From assembly GCA_963718235.1 (NCBI GenBank), contig CAVQYR010000001.1, forward strand, positions 1,632,001-1,696,000: DNA of 64,000 nucleotides. Direction: 5' to 3'. Shown piece by piece: positions 55,291-64,000 of the stretch (positions are counted from its first letter, which is position 1; each line of letters begins with the position of its first letter). The DNA is from an uncultured Actinomycetota bacterium (GTDB taxonomy: Bacteria > Actinomycetota > Actinomycetes > JAHEKZ01). Under the pieces are notes generated by a model, which did no database searches, was not told where the DNA came from, and was given only the letters and a program-made list of their open reading frames with translations. The position numbers were made by a program, and so were the translations under genes.

Positions 55291-56364
55291 CTAGAGCGGG
55301 TCTGCGGCGGAGTCCTCGGGGTCCCAGGTTCCCGCCGGTTGCGCTGACGGCTGTCCTGTCGGCTGGGCGGCCGGTTCCGGCGGGGGCGCCTGGAACCGCG
55401 GGGGGACGCCGGTGGCCGCTGCCACGACGAGGCGCATGGGGTGGACGCCGTGCACCCGGTGCATCGGTCGGGTGAACCCCTCGGTGTTGCGGACGACCGC
55501 CCACATGACCGGGCCGAACAGCACGAACGCCACCAGCGCGGCGAGGATCGCCGCGGGGGAGGCCCCGACCAGCTTGAGCCCGCTCGCGAGCAAGACGATC
55601 ATCAGCGCGCGGCGGATCAGACCGGACTGCCCACGGGAGGACACCCGGGAGCCCAGGTAGACCCCGGGCAGCGCGCCGATCAGCAGGGAGAACGCCACCG
55701 GCGCGTCGAAGTTGCCGACGAGCACGTGCCCGAGCGCCGCCGCGGCGACCAGAGGGACCGCCTGCACGAGGTCGGTCCCCACGAGGTCACCGGCCCGCAG
55801 GAGCGGGTACAGCAGCAGCAGTCCGACGATGATCAGTGAGCCCGAACCCACCGACGTCATACCGACGACGACTCCACCGAGGGCGCCGATCAGCACGGTA
55901 GGGACCGGCTTGACCTTGATCTGCGAGACGCTGCCGTGCGGGACCTCGATGCCCAGGGCCTTGTCGCGGTAGTGCTGACGCAGGGAGATGACCGCCTTGA
56001 CCGTCATCGTCAGCACCGAGATGAGCAGCGCGATGCCGAGCGCGAGCTTGACGGCGTTCTCGACCTCCTCGGAGTTGCCGAAGGAGTTCAGGATGAAGAC
56101 CCCGGCTAAGGCACTGGGTACCGATCCCAGGCACAGCCACTTCACGAGCTCGAAGTTGACCGTCCCGCGACGCATGTGCACGGTGGCACCGACCGGCTTC
56201 ATGAACAAGGAGACGACCAGGTCGCTCCCGACGGCCTTGAGGGGGTCGATCCCGAAGAAGAAGATCAGGATCGGGGTCATCAGCGCGCCCCCACCCATGC
56301 CGGTGAGGCCCACCACGAAACCGACGATCAGTCCGGCCACGGTCAGCCCGAGGTTGAAGTCCAC
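55291..56364 (-). CDS. Sulfite exporter TauE/SafE (TSUP) family transporter
   Basis: GLTGMGGGALMTP, AVGSDL, GMTSVGSG, LVGTDL; GTG 56364 after an AAGGGG SD. Confidence 0.9.
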   Translation of the reverse strand: MDFNLGLTVAGLIVGFVVGLTGMGGGALMTPILIFFFGIDPLKAVGSDLVVSLFMKPVGATVHMRRGTVNFELVKWLCLGSVPSALAGVFILNSFGNSEEVENAVKLALGIALLISVLTMTVKAVISLRQHYRDKALGIEVPHGSVSQIKVKPVPTVLIGALGGVVVGMTSVGSGSLIIVGLLLLYPLLRAGDLVGTDLVQAVPLVAAAALGHVLVGNFDAPVAFSLLIGALPGVYLGSRVSSRGQSGLIRRALMIVLLASGLKLVGASPAAILAALVAFVLFGPVMWAVVRNTEGFTRPMHRVHGVHPMRLVVAAATGVPPRFQAPPPEPAAQPTGQPSAQPAGTWDPEDSAADPL

Positions 56365-56429
56365 GTTGTTCCCCTTGCGCTTTTCCCACCAATTCGACCG
56401 GCAAACCATATACCTCGGGAGGCGGCCAG

Positions 56430-57383
56430 TCAGTCGTTGTGCGAGTCCAGCCACCGCCAGACCCCGGCCAGGTTGGCCGAGGACGAGCTGAGCGTCTCGA
56501 TCTGGGCGGCGTGGTCGGGGTCGGCGCGCAGCGCCGCGTAGCGGGCTCGGTCGCGCGTGGCGACCGCGGACAGCGCATGGTCCAGGTCAGGCGTGCTGCC
56601 GGTTCCGCGCAGGGCGACCACCTCGTCGACCCAGGTGCGCAGCTCATCCGCGGCCCGGTCCAGGGTGGCCATCGGATCGAGCGCGGGACCGAAGTGGCTG
56701 AACAGCAGCCGGGTGGCGCCGGTGTCAGCGAAGCGGCGCAGCGAGGTCAAGGCGGCCTCGAGGTCGAACTCCGGTGGGGGGGTGGCCGGTCGCACCTCAC
56801 CGGTGTCGGCGAACCACAGACCGGCGGCGTCGCCGACGTAGAGGTCCCCGGTGTGCGAGTCGAGCAGGCCGAGATGGTGGCGCGCATGTCCCGGGGAGTC
56901 GCACGCGGTCAGGTGACGCCCGCCCCCGAGGTCGACGGTCTCGCCGTCGTCCAGTACGTCGACCCGGTCGGCGGGGGTGGGTTGGAGGTCGCCGAAGACC
57001 CGGTCGATGACCCGGTCGCCGAAGACGCGGCGGGCCGATCTCATGAGGCGTTGCGGGTCGACCAGGTGGCGGGCTCCGGCCGGGTGGACGACGACCCGGG
57101 CCCGGGGGAAGGCCCGCGCGAGGTCACCGGCACCGCCGGCGTGGTCCAGGTGGATGTGGGTGACCACGATGGTCGTGAGGTCGTCGGCGTGGACGCCGCG
57201 TGCGGCCAGCCCGGCCACCACGTGTCCGACCGAGGTCGCGGTCCCCGTCTCGACCAGGCACGGGGCGTCGCCGGCGATCAGGTAGGCCGACGTGATCCCC
57301 GGGTGGTCGGACAAGCGGGTGTCGATCGCGAAGACGTCGCCCCCGAGGGCGACCGGAGCCCGGTCCGTCGCAGGGTCGTCCAC
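56430..57383 (-). CDS. MBL-fold metallo-hydrolase
   Basis: THIHLDHAGG, PGHARHH, GDAAG, SHFG; GTG 57383 after GGAGGT. Confidence 0.9.
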   Translation of the reverse strand: MDDPATDRAPVALGGDVFAIDTRLSDHPGITSAYLIAGDAPCLVETGTATSVGHVVAGLAARGVHADDLTTIVVTHIHLDHAGGAGDLARAFPRARVVVHPAGARHLVDPQRLMRSARRVFGDRVIDRVFGDLQPTPADRVDVLDDGETVDLGGGRHLTACDSPGHARHHLGLLDSHTGDLYVGDAAGLWFADTGEVRPATPPPEFDLEAALTSLRRFADTGATRLLFSHFGPALDPMATLDRAADELRTWVDEVVALRGTGSTPDLDHALSAVATRDRARYAALRADPDHAAQIETLSSSSANLAGVWRWLDSHND

Positions 57384-57534
57384 CGGTGACCTCCGGATGC
57401 GTCGTCCCCAGAACGGTGTCGACCGCTGGCCGGCAGGGGGTGCTCGGCCCAGGGTAGGCGGGTCGCCGGGCCTGCGGTAGCGATGCCGGCCCGGCTGATC
57501 GGACCTCAACCGCCGCCGAACAAGGAGCACCCCC

Positions 57535-57918
57535 ATGGCAGCCACCCGCACGACCCGGGCCAGCCGACCCGCTGGCTCGCGAGCCCCCGCGGCCCCCCGC
57601 CACCGCAACGAGGTGCGCCTCGTCGGGCGGCTGGCCGCGCCACCGGTCACGGTCACCTTGCCGAGCGGAGACGTGGTGGTGTCCTGGCGGGTAGTCGTCG
57701 ATCGTGATGCCCGCAGTCGCCGTCCGCCCAGTGTCGACACCCTCGACTGCTCGGCCTGGTCGCGCACCGTGCAGCGCCGGGTCGACGCGTGGGCGCCGGG
57801 CGACCTCGTCGCCGTCGACGGGGTGCTGCGCCGCCGGTTCTGGCGTGGACCGTCTGGTGCGGTCAGCCGCTACGAGGTCGAGGCGAGCGCGGTCAGGCGG
57901 GTGTCCCGGGCCGGCTGA
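57535..57918 (+). CDS. Short single-stranded DNA-binding (OB-fold) protein, SsbB-like
   Basis: HRNEVRLVGRL...LPSGD...DTLDC.AW...GDLV.V.G.LRRRFW...YEVEA; no acidic tail. Confidence 0.82.
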   Translation: MAATRTTRASRPAGSRAPAAPRHRNEVRLVGRLAAPPVTVTLPSGDVVVSWRVVVDRDARSRRPPSVDTLDCSAWSRTVQRRVDAWAPGDLVAVDGVLRRRFWRGPSGAVSRYEVEASAVRRVSRAG

Positions 57919-58022
57919 GCCCCTGAGCCGGGCGAGTCATGTGGTCCGACGCCGCGCCGAGGGTGTCTGCGAGGATCGGCTGAACACCATCGCGGCCCGG
58001 TGCCGGCGCAGGAGGAGGTCCC

Positions 58023-58433
58023 GTGTCCGACTCGCTCGAGCCAGCCGGGCGCGCACCGGCCGGCGAGGTCTACGACTGGTACGTGCGCGGCCTGCGGCTG
58101 CTGGACGACGGCCATGCCGCCGCCGCGGCGGAGCTGCTGGCACACGCCGTGGCAGCCGACCCGGACTCCGCGTCGCTTCGGGAGGCGGCCGGCCGGGCGC
58201 GTCTGGGGGCCCGCCGCTACGACGAGGCCCGGGCCGACTTCGCCTGGCTCGTCGACGCCTACCCCGACGACGACTTCGCCCACTTCGGGCTGGGACTGGC
58301 CCTGAGCCGGCTCGGCGAGCTCACGGCGGCCCGAGAGCAGCTGGCCCTGGCCTGTGCCCTGCGCCCCGACCGTGACGACTACGCCCGCGAGCTGAGCCAC
58401 GTCCGGGCCACGTTGCGGGCCCGCTCGTCGTGA
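58023..58433 (+). CDS. Small tetratricopeptide-repeat protein
   Basis: YDWYVRG..LL..G...AAAELL, SLREAAGRA, DDFAHFGLG; SD AGGAGG. Confidence 0.8.
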   Translation: MSDSLEPAGRAPAGEVYDWYVRGLRLLDDGHAAAAAELLAHAVAADPDSASLREAAGRARLGARRYDEARADFAWLVDAYPDDDFAHFGLGLALSRLGELTAAREQLALACALRPDRDDYARELSHVRATLRARSS

Positions 58434-59356
58434 ACCCGCCCACGGTGCCGCCCACGGTGCCGCCCACGGTGCCGCCGACAGTGCCGCCCACGGTGCCCGC
58501 CGCGCTGCACCTCCCCCCCGGCCACGACGGCGTGGTCCTGGACCTCGACGGTGTCGTCTACCGCGGGCCGCTGGCCGTCCCCGGTGCGGTCACCGCCGTG
58601 GCCCGGCTGGTCGCCGCCGGCGTGCCGGTGGCCTACGCCACCAACAACGCCGCACGCCCGGCCGCCACCGTCGCCGCGCACCTCGACGAGTTAGGAGTCC
58701 CCACCCGGGTGGAGCAGGTCGTCACCTCGGCCCAGGTAGCGGTCGAGGTCGTCGTCGAGCGGCTCGCCGCTGGGGCGGCGGTCCTGGTGGTCGGTGGTCC
58801 GGGGCTTCGGCAGGCCGTGGTCGACGCGGGTTTCCAGGTCGTCGACGCCGCCGCCGACCGGCCCGCAGCGGTCGTCCAGGGGTTCGGACCCGACACGTCG
58901 TGGCGGAACCTGGCCGAGGCCGCCTACGCCGTCGCGGCCGGTGCCTTGTGGGTGGCCACCAACACCGACCTCACCTTCCCCACCGAGCGGGGCCAGGCAC
59001 CCGGCAACGGCGCTTTCGTGTCGGCCGTGGCCGCGGCCAGTGGCCGGCAGCCGCTGGTGGCCGGCAAGCCGAACCCACCGCTGCTGCTGGCCGCAGCACG
59101 TCGGCTGGGTGCCCGCAGTCCCCTGGTGGTCGGTGACCGCCTGGACACCGACGTCGCCGGTGCCCACGCGGCCGGGCTGAGCAGTGTGCTGGTGCTCAGC
59201 GGCGTGACCTCGGCGTCCGACCTCGAGGACGCCGGGGACGACCTGCCCGAAGCGTTGCGGCCGACGTTCGTGGCCGACGACCTGTTGGGGCTCGTCGAAG
59301 GCCGGTGGGTCGCCCTCGACCCGGCGCCAGGCCGCCCCGCGCACGGTGCGCGCTGA
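58430..59356 (+). CDS. HAD-IIA family hydrolase (NagD-like)
   Basis: LDLDGVVY, TNNA, GKP, VGDRLDTD. Confidence 0.93.
   Translation: MNPPTVPPTVPPTVPPTVPPTVPAALHLPPGHDGVVLDLDGVVYRGPLAVPGAVTAVARLVAAGVPVAYATNNAARPAATVAAHLDELGVPTRVEQVVTSAQVAVEVVVERLAAGAAVLVVGGPGLRQAVVDAGFQVVDAAADRPAAVVQGFGPDTSWRNLAEAAYAVAAGALWVATNTDLTFPTERGQAPGNGAFVSAVAAASGRQPLVAGKPNPPLLLAAARRLGARSPLVVGDRLDTDVAGAHAAGLSSVLVLSGVTSASDLEDAGDDLPEALRPTFVADDLLGLVEGRWVALDPAPGRPAHGAR
58436..58495 (+). repeat. 12-bp in-frame tandem repeat, 5 copies, encoding (PPTV)5
   Basis: CCGCCCACGGTG units at 58436, 58448, 58460, 58472 (variant) and 58484. Confidence 0.9.
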
Positions 59357-59506
59357 CCGGTGCTCGGCGGGGCGTCCATCGGGCGCCGGTAGCGTGGACC
59401 CTGCCGGACGGCGCTTCGCCAGTCCGGGGCTGGGTCGCCGTCGCCGTGGCGGCCGTGCTGGCCGTGGCCACGAAGCCCAGTGGGTCCGGGACCGAGGGAG
59501 AAACCG

Positions 59507-59956
59507 ATGGTGGTCGATGTCGTCCGCAGCTACTGGGAGGTGGCCGGCGGCCTGACCGATGTCACGCGTCAGCGGGCGGTCGCCACGGCCCGCGCGGTCT
59601 GGTCCGGGGACGGGGTCGACCAGGTCGTGCCAGGCGCTCTGGGGCAGGTGCAGAGCCTGGCCGACGAGCTCGTGGCCCTCAGCCGCAGCAACCGGGAGCT
59701 GGTCAAGGCGCTGGTGAGTGCCGAGGTGGACCGCGCCCTGGGCGCCATGGGGCTCGCGACCCGAGACGAGGTCGCAGCGCTGCAGCGGCGGGTGGACCGG
59801 CTGACGGCGACGGTCGACGCGTTGGCGGATCGCCAGGTCCCCACCGGAGGATCGGCCGCGCCGAGGTCCACCCGGAAGCCCGCGGCCAAGAAGTCGGTAA
59901 CCAAGAAGCCCGCGGCCACGAAGGTGGCCCGCGGCACCGCGGTGGAGGAGTCGTGA
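59507..59956 (+). CDS. Phasin-like coiled-coil protein with basic KPAAKK tail
   Basis: A.GLT.VTRQRA...QVQSLADEL...NRE...EVDRAL..MGLATRDEV..L.RRV..L, then RKPAAKKSVTKKPAATK. Confidence 0.7.
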   Translation: MVVDVVRSYWEVAGGLTDVTRQRAVATARAVWSGDGVDQVVPGALGQVQSLADELVALSRSNRELVKALVSAEVDRALGAMGLATRDEVAALQRRVDRLTATVDALADRQVPTGGSAAPRSTRKPAAKKSVTKKPAATKVARGTAVEES

Positions 59957-60261
59957 CCGACGCCGACCTCACCCCGGCCGAGCCCGTCTTGGAGCCCGAG
60001 GCCCCGGCCGGACCGGACCCGGCCAGCGAGTCCGGGGTCGAGGCCGAGTCCGAGGCCGAGTCCGGGGCCCTGGCCGAGCCGGACCCGGGCACCCAGGCCG
60101 AGCTCGACCTGGGCCTGGTGTCCACCGGCGACCTGCGGGTCGATGCAGCGCTGGCCGGGCTCGCCATCCTGCCGACCCTCCCGGTGGCCGAGCACCCCGG
60201 CGTCTTCGACGACGTCCACCGGGGCCTGCACGTGGCCCTGACCGAGCTCGACGAGGACTGA
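59953..60261 (+). CDS. Conserved hypothetical acidic protein upstream of tlyA
   Basis: TGDLRVDAAL..L..LP.LPVAEH..VFDDVH..L...L; GTGA overlap with the previous gene. Confidence 0.75.
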   Translation: MTDADLTPAEPVLEPEAPAGPDPASESGVEAESEAESGALAEPDPGTQAELDLGLVSTGDLRVDAALAGLAILPTLPVAEHPGVFDDVHRGLHVALTELDED

Positions 60262-60267
60262 GCCGCG

Positions 60268-61068
60268 GTGCGGCGTCGACTCGACGCCGAGCTGGTCCGC
60301 CGGGGGCTGGCCCGCTCGCGTGAGCACGCGGCCTCGCTGGTGAGCGAGGGGCGGGTGCTCGTGGCGGGAGCGGTCGCTGCCAAGCCGGCCACGCAGGTCG
60401 ACGCCGCCGCAGCGGTCGTGGTCCGGTCCGACGCCGGCGACCCCGGCTACGCCTCACGCGGCGGGGTCAAGCTCGCGGGGGCCTTCGCGGTGTTCGGGCC
60501 GGCCGGGCTCGTGGTGCGGGGCCGACGCTGCCTCGATGCCGGCGCCAGCACCGGGGGCTTCACCGACGTGCTGCTGCGCGAGGGGGCGACCCATGTCGAT
60601 GCAGTCGACGTCGGGTACGGGCAGCTGGTGTGGGCGCTGCAGACCGACCCGCGGGTGACCGTGCACGACCGTACCAACGTACGCGAGCTCACCGTGGACC
60701 GTCTCGACCTGCCGGCGCAGGTCGTCGTCGCCGACCTCTCGTTCATCTCGTTGACCCTGGCCCTGCCCGCGTTGACGGCGGTGGCCACCGCCGACGCCGA
60801 CTTCGTCTTGATGGTCAAGCCGCAGTTCGAGGTCGGGCGCGAGCGGTTGGGCAAGGGCGGGGTGGTGCGCGACCCGGCGCACCGGGTCGACGCGATCCGT
60901 AGGATCGCCGATGCGGCCGCCGAGCTGGGCCTCGGCGTCCGCGGAGTCACGGCCAGCCCCCTCCCCGGGCCGGCCGGGAATGTCGAGTACTTCGTGTGGC
61001 TGCAGGCAGGCGCTTCGGCCCTGGACCCAGCGGTCGCCGAACGAGCGGTTGCGGAAGGACCTCGATGA
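60268..61068 (+). CDS. tlyA: TlyA rRNA (cytidine-2'-O)-methyltransferase
   Basis: RLDAELVRRGLARSR, SRGG.KL, DAGASTGGFT, DLSFISL, KPQFE, GNVEY. Confidence 0.96.
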   Translation: MRRRLDAELVRRGLARSREHAASLVSEGRVLVAGAVAAKPATQVDAAAAVVVRSDAGDPGYASRGGVKLAGAFAVFGPAGLVVRGRRCLDAGASTGGFTDVLLREGATHVDAVDVGYGQLVWALQTDPRVTVHDRTNVRELTVDRLDLPAQVVVADLSFISLTLALPALTAVATADADFVLMVKPQFEVGRERLGKGGVVRDPAHRVDAIRRIADAAAELGLGVRGVTASPLPGPAGNVEYFVWLQAGASALDPAVAERAVAEGPR

Positions 61069-61970
61069 GCACCCCCACCCGCCCACGACGGGTCCTGCTG
61101 GTGGCCCACACCGGCCGTGACTTCGCCACCGAGCATGCCCGGGCCCTGGCCTCGCGGCTGCTCGAGTCGGGCCTGGTGGTGCGAGCCCTGGACGACGAGG
61201 CCGTCGACCTGGACCTGGCCGGTCTGGAGCCGGTGAGCGCGGGCCGGTCGTCGGCCGACGGTTGCGAGCTCGTCGTGGTGCTCGGCGGCGACGGCACGAT
61301 CCTGCGTGGCGCCGAGCTGGCCCGGCACGCCGACGTCCCGCTGCTCGGGGTCAACCTCGGGCGCGTGGGGTTCCTCGCCGAGGCCGAGCAGCACGACCTG
61401 GACGACGTCGCGGACCAGGTGGCGCGTCGAACCTGGACCGTCGAGCAGCGACTCGCCATCGAGGTGGTCGTGGACGTCGGGGGCGAGGTGCTGCACCGCG
61501 ACTGGGCGCTCAACGAGATCTCGGTCGAGAAGGCCGCGCGTGAGCGGATGATCGAAGTCCTGGTGGCTGTCGACGACCGTCCCTTGTCCCGCTGGGGCTG
61601 CGACGGCGTCGTCGTGGCGACGCCGACCGGATCGACCGCCTACGCCTTCTCCGCGGGTGGCCCGGTCGTGTGGCCGGAGGTCGAGGCGATGCTCGTGGTG
61701 CCGTTGTCGGCGCACGCTCTGTTCAGCCGCGCCATGGTGGTGGCGCCCGGCTCCCAGGTCACCGTCGAGCTGCAGCCCGACACTCATCAAGGGGTGCTGT
61801 GGGCCGACGGCCGGCGCACGATCGAGCTTCCCGAGGGAGCCCGGATGCTGGTGCGACGGCACCCCCAGCCGGTCCGCCTGGCCCGGCTCGGGCGCACCAC
61901 GTTCACCGAGCGGCTGGTGGCCAAGTTCGCCCTCCCGGTCGAAGGCTGGCGCGGGGCGCCGCCACCGTGA
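61065..61970 (+). CDS. nadK: NAD kinase
   Basis: GGDGT, GRVGFL, LNE, TPTGSTAYAFSAGG. Confidence 0.96.
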   Translation: MSTPTRPRRVLLVAHTGRDFATEHARALASRLLESGLVVRALDDEAVDLDLAGLEPVSAGRSSADGCELVVVLGGDGTILRGAELARHADVPLLGVNLGRVGFLAEAEQHDLDDVADQVARRTWTVEQRLAIEVVVDVGGEVLHRDWALNEISVEKAARERMIEVLVAVDDRPLSRWGCDGVVVATPTGSTAYAFSAGGPVVWPEVEAMLVVPLSAHALFSRAMVVAPGSQVTVELQPDTHQGVLWADGRRTIELPEGARMLVRRHPQPVRLARLGRTTFTERLVAKFALPVEGWRGAPPP

Positions 61971-63709
61971 TCGAACAGCTGCGGATCACCGCGCTGGGCG
62001 TCATCGAGGAGGCCGTCCTCGACCTGGACCCCGGCCTGAACGTCGTCACCGGCGAGACCGGCGCCGGCAAGACGATGGTCGTCACCGGGCTGGGGCTGCT
62101 GCTCGGCGACCGGGCCGACTCGGGCCTGGTCCGGGCCGGTCGGTCCAAGGCCACCGTCGAGGGAGTGGTCGTGGTTCCCGGCTCAGTCGCCGACCGGGTC
62201 CGGGCGGCCGGCGGTGACCTGGACGACGACGTCCTGGTGCTGGCCCGCACCGTGAGTGCAGAGGGACGTTCACGGGCTCACGTCGGCGGTGCCTCGGCTC
62301 CGGTCGGCCTCCTGGGCGAGCTGTCCGACGAGCTGGTCGCCGTCCACGGACAGTCCGACCAGCAGCGACTGCTGAGTCCGGCCGTCCAGCGCGAGACCCT
62401 CGACCGTCACGCCGGTGCGCCCGTCCTCGACCTGCGGGGGCAGTACGACGTGCAGTTCCACGAGCTGCGCGCGGTCGAGGCGGAGCTGGAGGTGCTGGTC
62501 ACCCAGGCGCGCGAGCGCGAGCTGGAGGCGGACGCTCTGCGGTTCGGGCTGGACGAGGTGCGCGCGGTCGACCCTCGTCCGGCCGAGGACGTCGAGCTGC
62601 TCGTGGAGTCGCAGCGGCGCAGCCATGCCGACTCACTGCGGGAGGCCGCGACGAGCGCGCACGACGCACTGGTCGGGGACGAGTCGGCGGTGGACGCACA
62701 CCGAAGCGACGCCGTGCAGCTCGCCTCGGCGGCGCGCCGGGCGCTGGAGGCGGTCCAGGAGCACGACAGCACCTTGCGCACCTTGGCCGAACAGGTGGCT
62801 GCCGCCGGCTACACGCTGGCCGATGTCGCCGCCGAGCTCAGCTCCTACGCCACGACGGTCGACACCGACCCCGCGCGGCTGGCCTGGGTCGAGGAGCGCC
62901 GGGCCGCCCTGGCCACGTTGACCCGCAAGCACGGGCCCACCGTCGACGACGTGCGGGAGTGGGCCAAGCGCGCGGCGCAGCGGCTGGAGCAGCTGGACGG
63001 CACGCAGGACCGGATCGCGGAGCTCACCGACCACCGTTCCGCGCTCGCGTCGTCCCTGGCCGAGGTCGCGACCGCGTTGTCGCAGGCGCGGGCTGCGGCC
63101 GCGACCGCGTTCGGCTCGGCGGTCACCGCGGAGCTCGTGGAGCTTGCCATGCCGCACGCGAAGGTGACTGCCTCGGTGACCCAACGCGAGTCCGACGACG
63201 GGCTCGTGATTCCCGACGGGCGGCGAGTGCGCTGCGGACCGGAGGGCATCGACGACGTCGAGCTGCTGCTCACACCGCACCCCGGGGCGCCGGAACGCTC
63301 GCTGGGCAAAGGCGCGTCCGGCGGTGAGCTGTCACGGGTCATGCTGGCGGTCGAGGTGGTGTTCTCCGACGCCGACCCGGTCGGGACGTTCGTCTTCGAC
63401 GAGGTCGATGCGGGTGTAGGAGGTGAGGCCGCGATCGAGGTCGGGAGGCGGCTGGCGCAGCTCGCCCGCCACCGGCAAGTGCTCGTGGTGACCCACCTGC
63501 CGCAGGTGGCCGCCTTCGCTGACCGGCACTTCGTCGTCGCCAAGGCCGATGACGGCAGCGTGACCGCGAGCGGCGTGCGGGCCCTGACCGACGACGAGCG
63601 ACCGGAGGAGCTGTCGCGCATGCTGGCCGGTCTGTCCGACTCGTCGCTGGGGCGGGCGCACGCGGCCGAGCTGCTCGCCCTCGCCTCGGCGGCGCGGGCG
63701 AAATCGTGA
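61967..63709 (+). CDS. recN: DNA repair protein RecN
   Basis: GETGAGKT, ASGGELSRVMLA, FDEVDAGVGG, THLPQVAA. Confidence 0.97.
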   Translation: MIEQLRITALGVIEEAVLDLDPGLNVVTGETGAGKTMVVTGLGLLLGDRADSGLVRAGRSKATVEGVVVVPGSVADRVRAAGGDLDDDVLVLARTVSAEGRSRAHVGGASAPVGLLGELSDELVAVHGQSDQQRLLSPAVQRETLDRHAGAPVLDLRGQYDVQFHELRAVEAELEVLVTQARERELEADALRFGLDEVRAVDPRPAEDVELLVESQRRSHADSLREAATSAHDALVGDESAVDAHRSDAVQLASAARRALEAVQEHDSTLRTLAEQVAAAGYTLADVAAELSSYATTVDTDPARLAWVEERRAALATLTRKHGPTVDDVREWAKRAAQRLEQLDGTQDRIAELTDHRSALASSLAEVATALSQARAAAATAFGSAVTAELVELAMPHAKVTASVTQRESDDGLVIPDGRRVRCGPEGIDDVELLLTPHPGAPERSLGKGASGGELSRVMLAVEVVFSDADPVGTFVFDEVDAGVGGEAAIEVGRRLAQLARHRQVLVVTHLPQVAAFADRHFVVAKADDGSVTASGVRALTDDERPEELSRMLAGLSDSSLGRAHAAELLALASAARAKS

Positions 63710-63776
63710 CCTGACTGCCGCTGACGTCGACGTCGTAGGAGCCGGGCCGGGTCGGCAGGTCTGGCAGGATTGCCCG

Positions 63777-64000
63777 GTGCGCCTCTCCCTGCTTCGTTCG
63801 CGTGGGCGCAACCCTGCCGCCGGGGGCGTCGCTCGCCTGGACAAGCGCACCAAGAACCTGACCAAACGGCTGCAGCCCGGCGACGTCGCGGTGATCGACC
63901 ACGTGGACATCGACCGGGTCAGCGCCGAGGCCCTCGTTGCCTGCCAGCCCGCGGCCGTGGTGAACGCGGCGGCGTCGATCAGCGGCCGCTACCCCAACCT
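63777..64000 (+). CDS. steA: Cell-division protein SteA (Rv1697-like), 5' part only
   Basis: My translation: VRLSLLR...ARLDKRTKNLTKRLQPGDVAVIDHVDIDRVSAEALVACQPAAVVNAAASISGRYPN; conserved position after recN. Confidence 0.85.
   Translation, partial: MRLSLLRSRGRNPAAGGVARLDKRTKNLTKRLQPGDVAVIDHVDIDRVSAEALVACQPAAVVNAAASISGRYPN

Overview
High-GC actinomycete chromosome segment made almost entirely of compact core genes. In order: GNAT (partial) and bldD on the minus strand; the PyrR-regulated pyrRBC-orf-carAB-pyrK-pyrD-pyrF operon; mihF-gmk-rpoZ-coaBC-metK-priA (one +1 frameshift)-def-fmt-rsmB; a GT2 glycosyltransferase and a membrane diguanylate cyclase; rpe; FMN riboswitch-ribD-ribE-ribBA-ribH-hisE-hisG; an SseB-family gene, aqpZ and DUF1844; L20 leader-infC (ATC start)-rpmI-rplT-trmH; an inserted DUF222/HNH nuclease gene; a PAS histidine kinase and pheST; an RDD protein; argCJB-R-G-H (no argD or argF); mpg and tyrS; a complete 16S-23S-5S rRNA operon with three tandem promoters; TPR, TauE/SafE, MBL hydrolase, a tail-less SSB, TPR, HAD-IIA, a phasin-like gene, tlyA-nadK-recN and steA (partial). 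The strongest candidate for an undescribed system is the DUF222-HNH locus. It has a near-consensus sigmaA promoter, a perfect LexA box over the predicted start site, and a roughly 146-nt leader that appears to fold as a closed RNA domain ahead of the nuclease. Other oddities are a five-unit 11-bp phased repeat running into the rrn P1 -35, an atypical covarying 16S U955-A1225 pair, the clean loss of argD/argF, and many leaderless-type starts. All calls come from reading the sequence by eye; no searches or folding programs were run.
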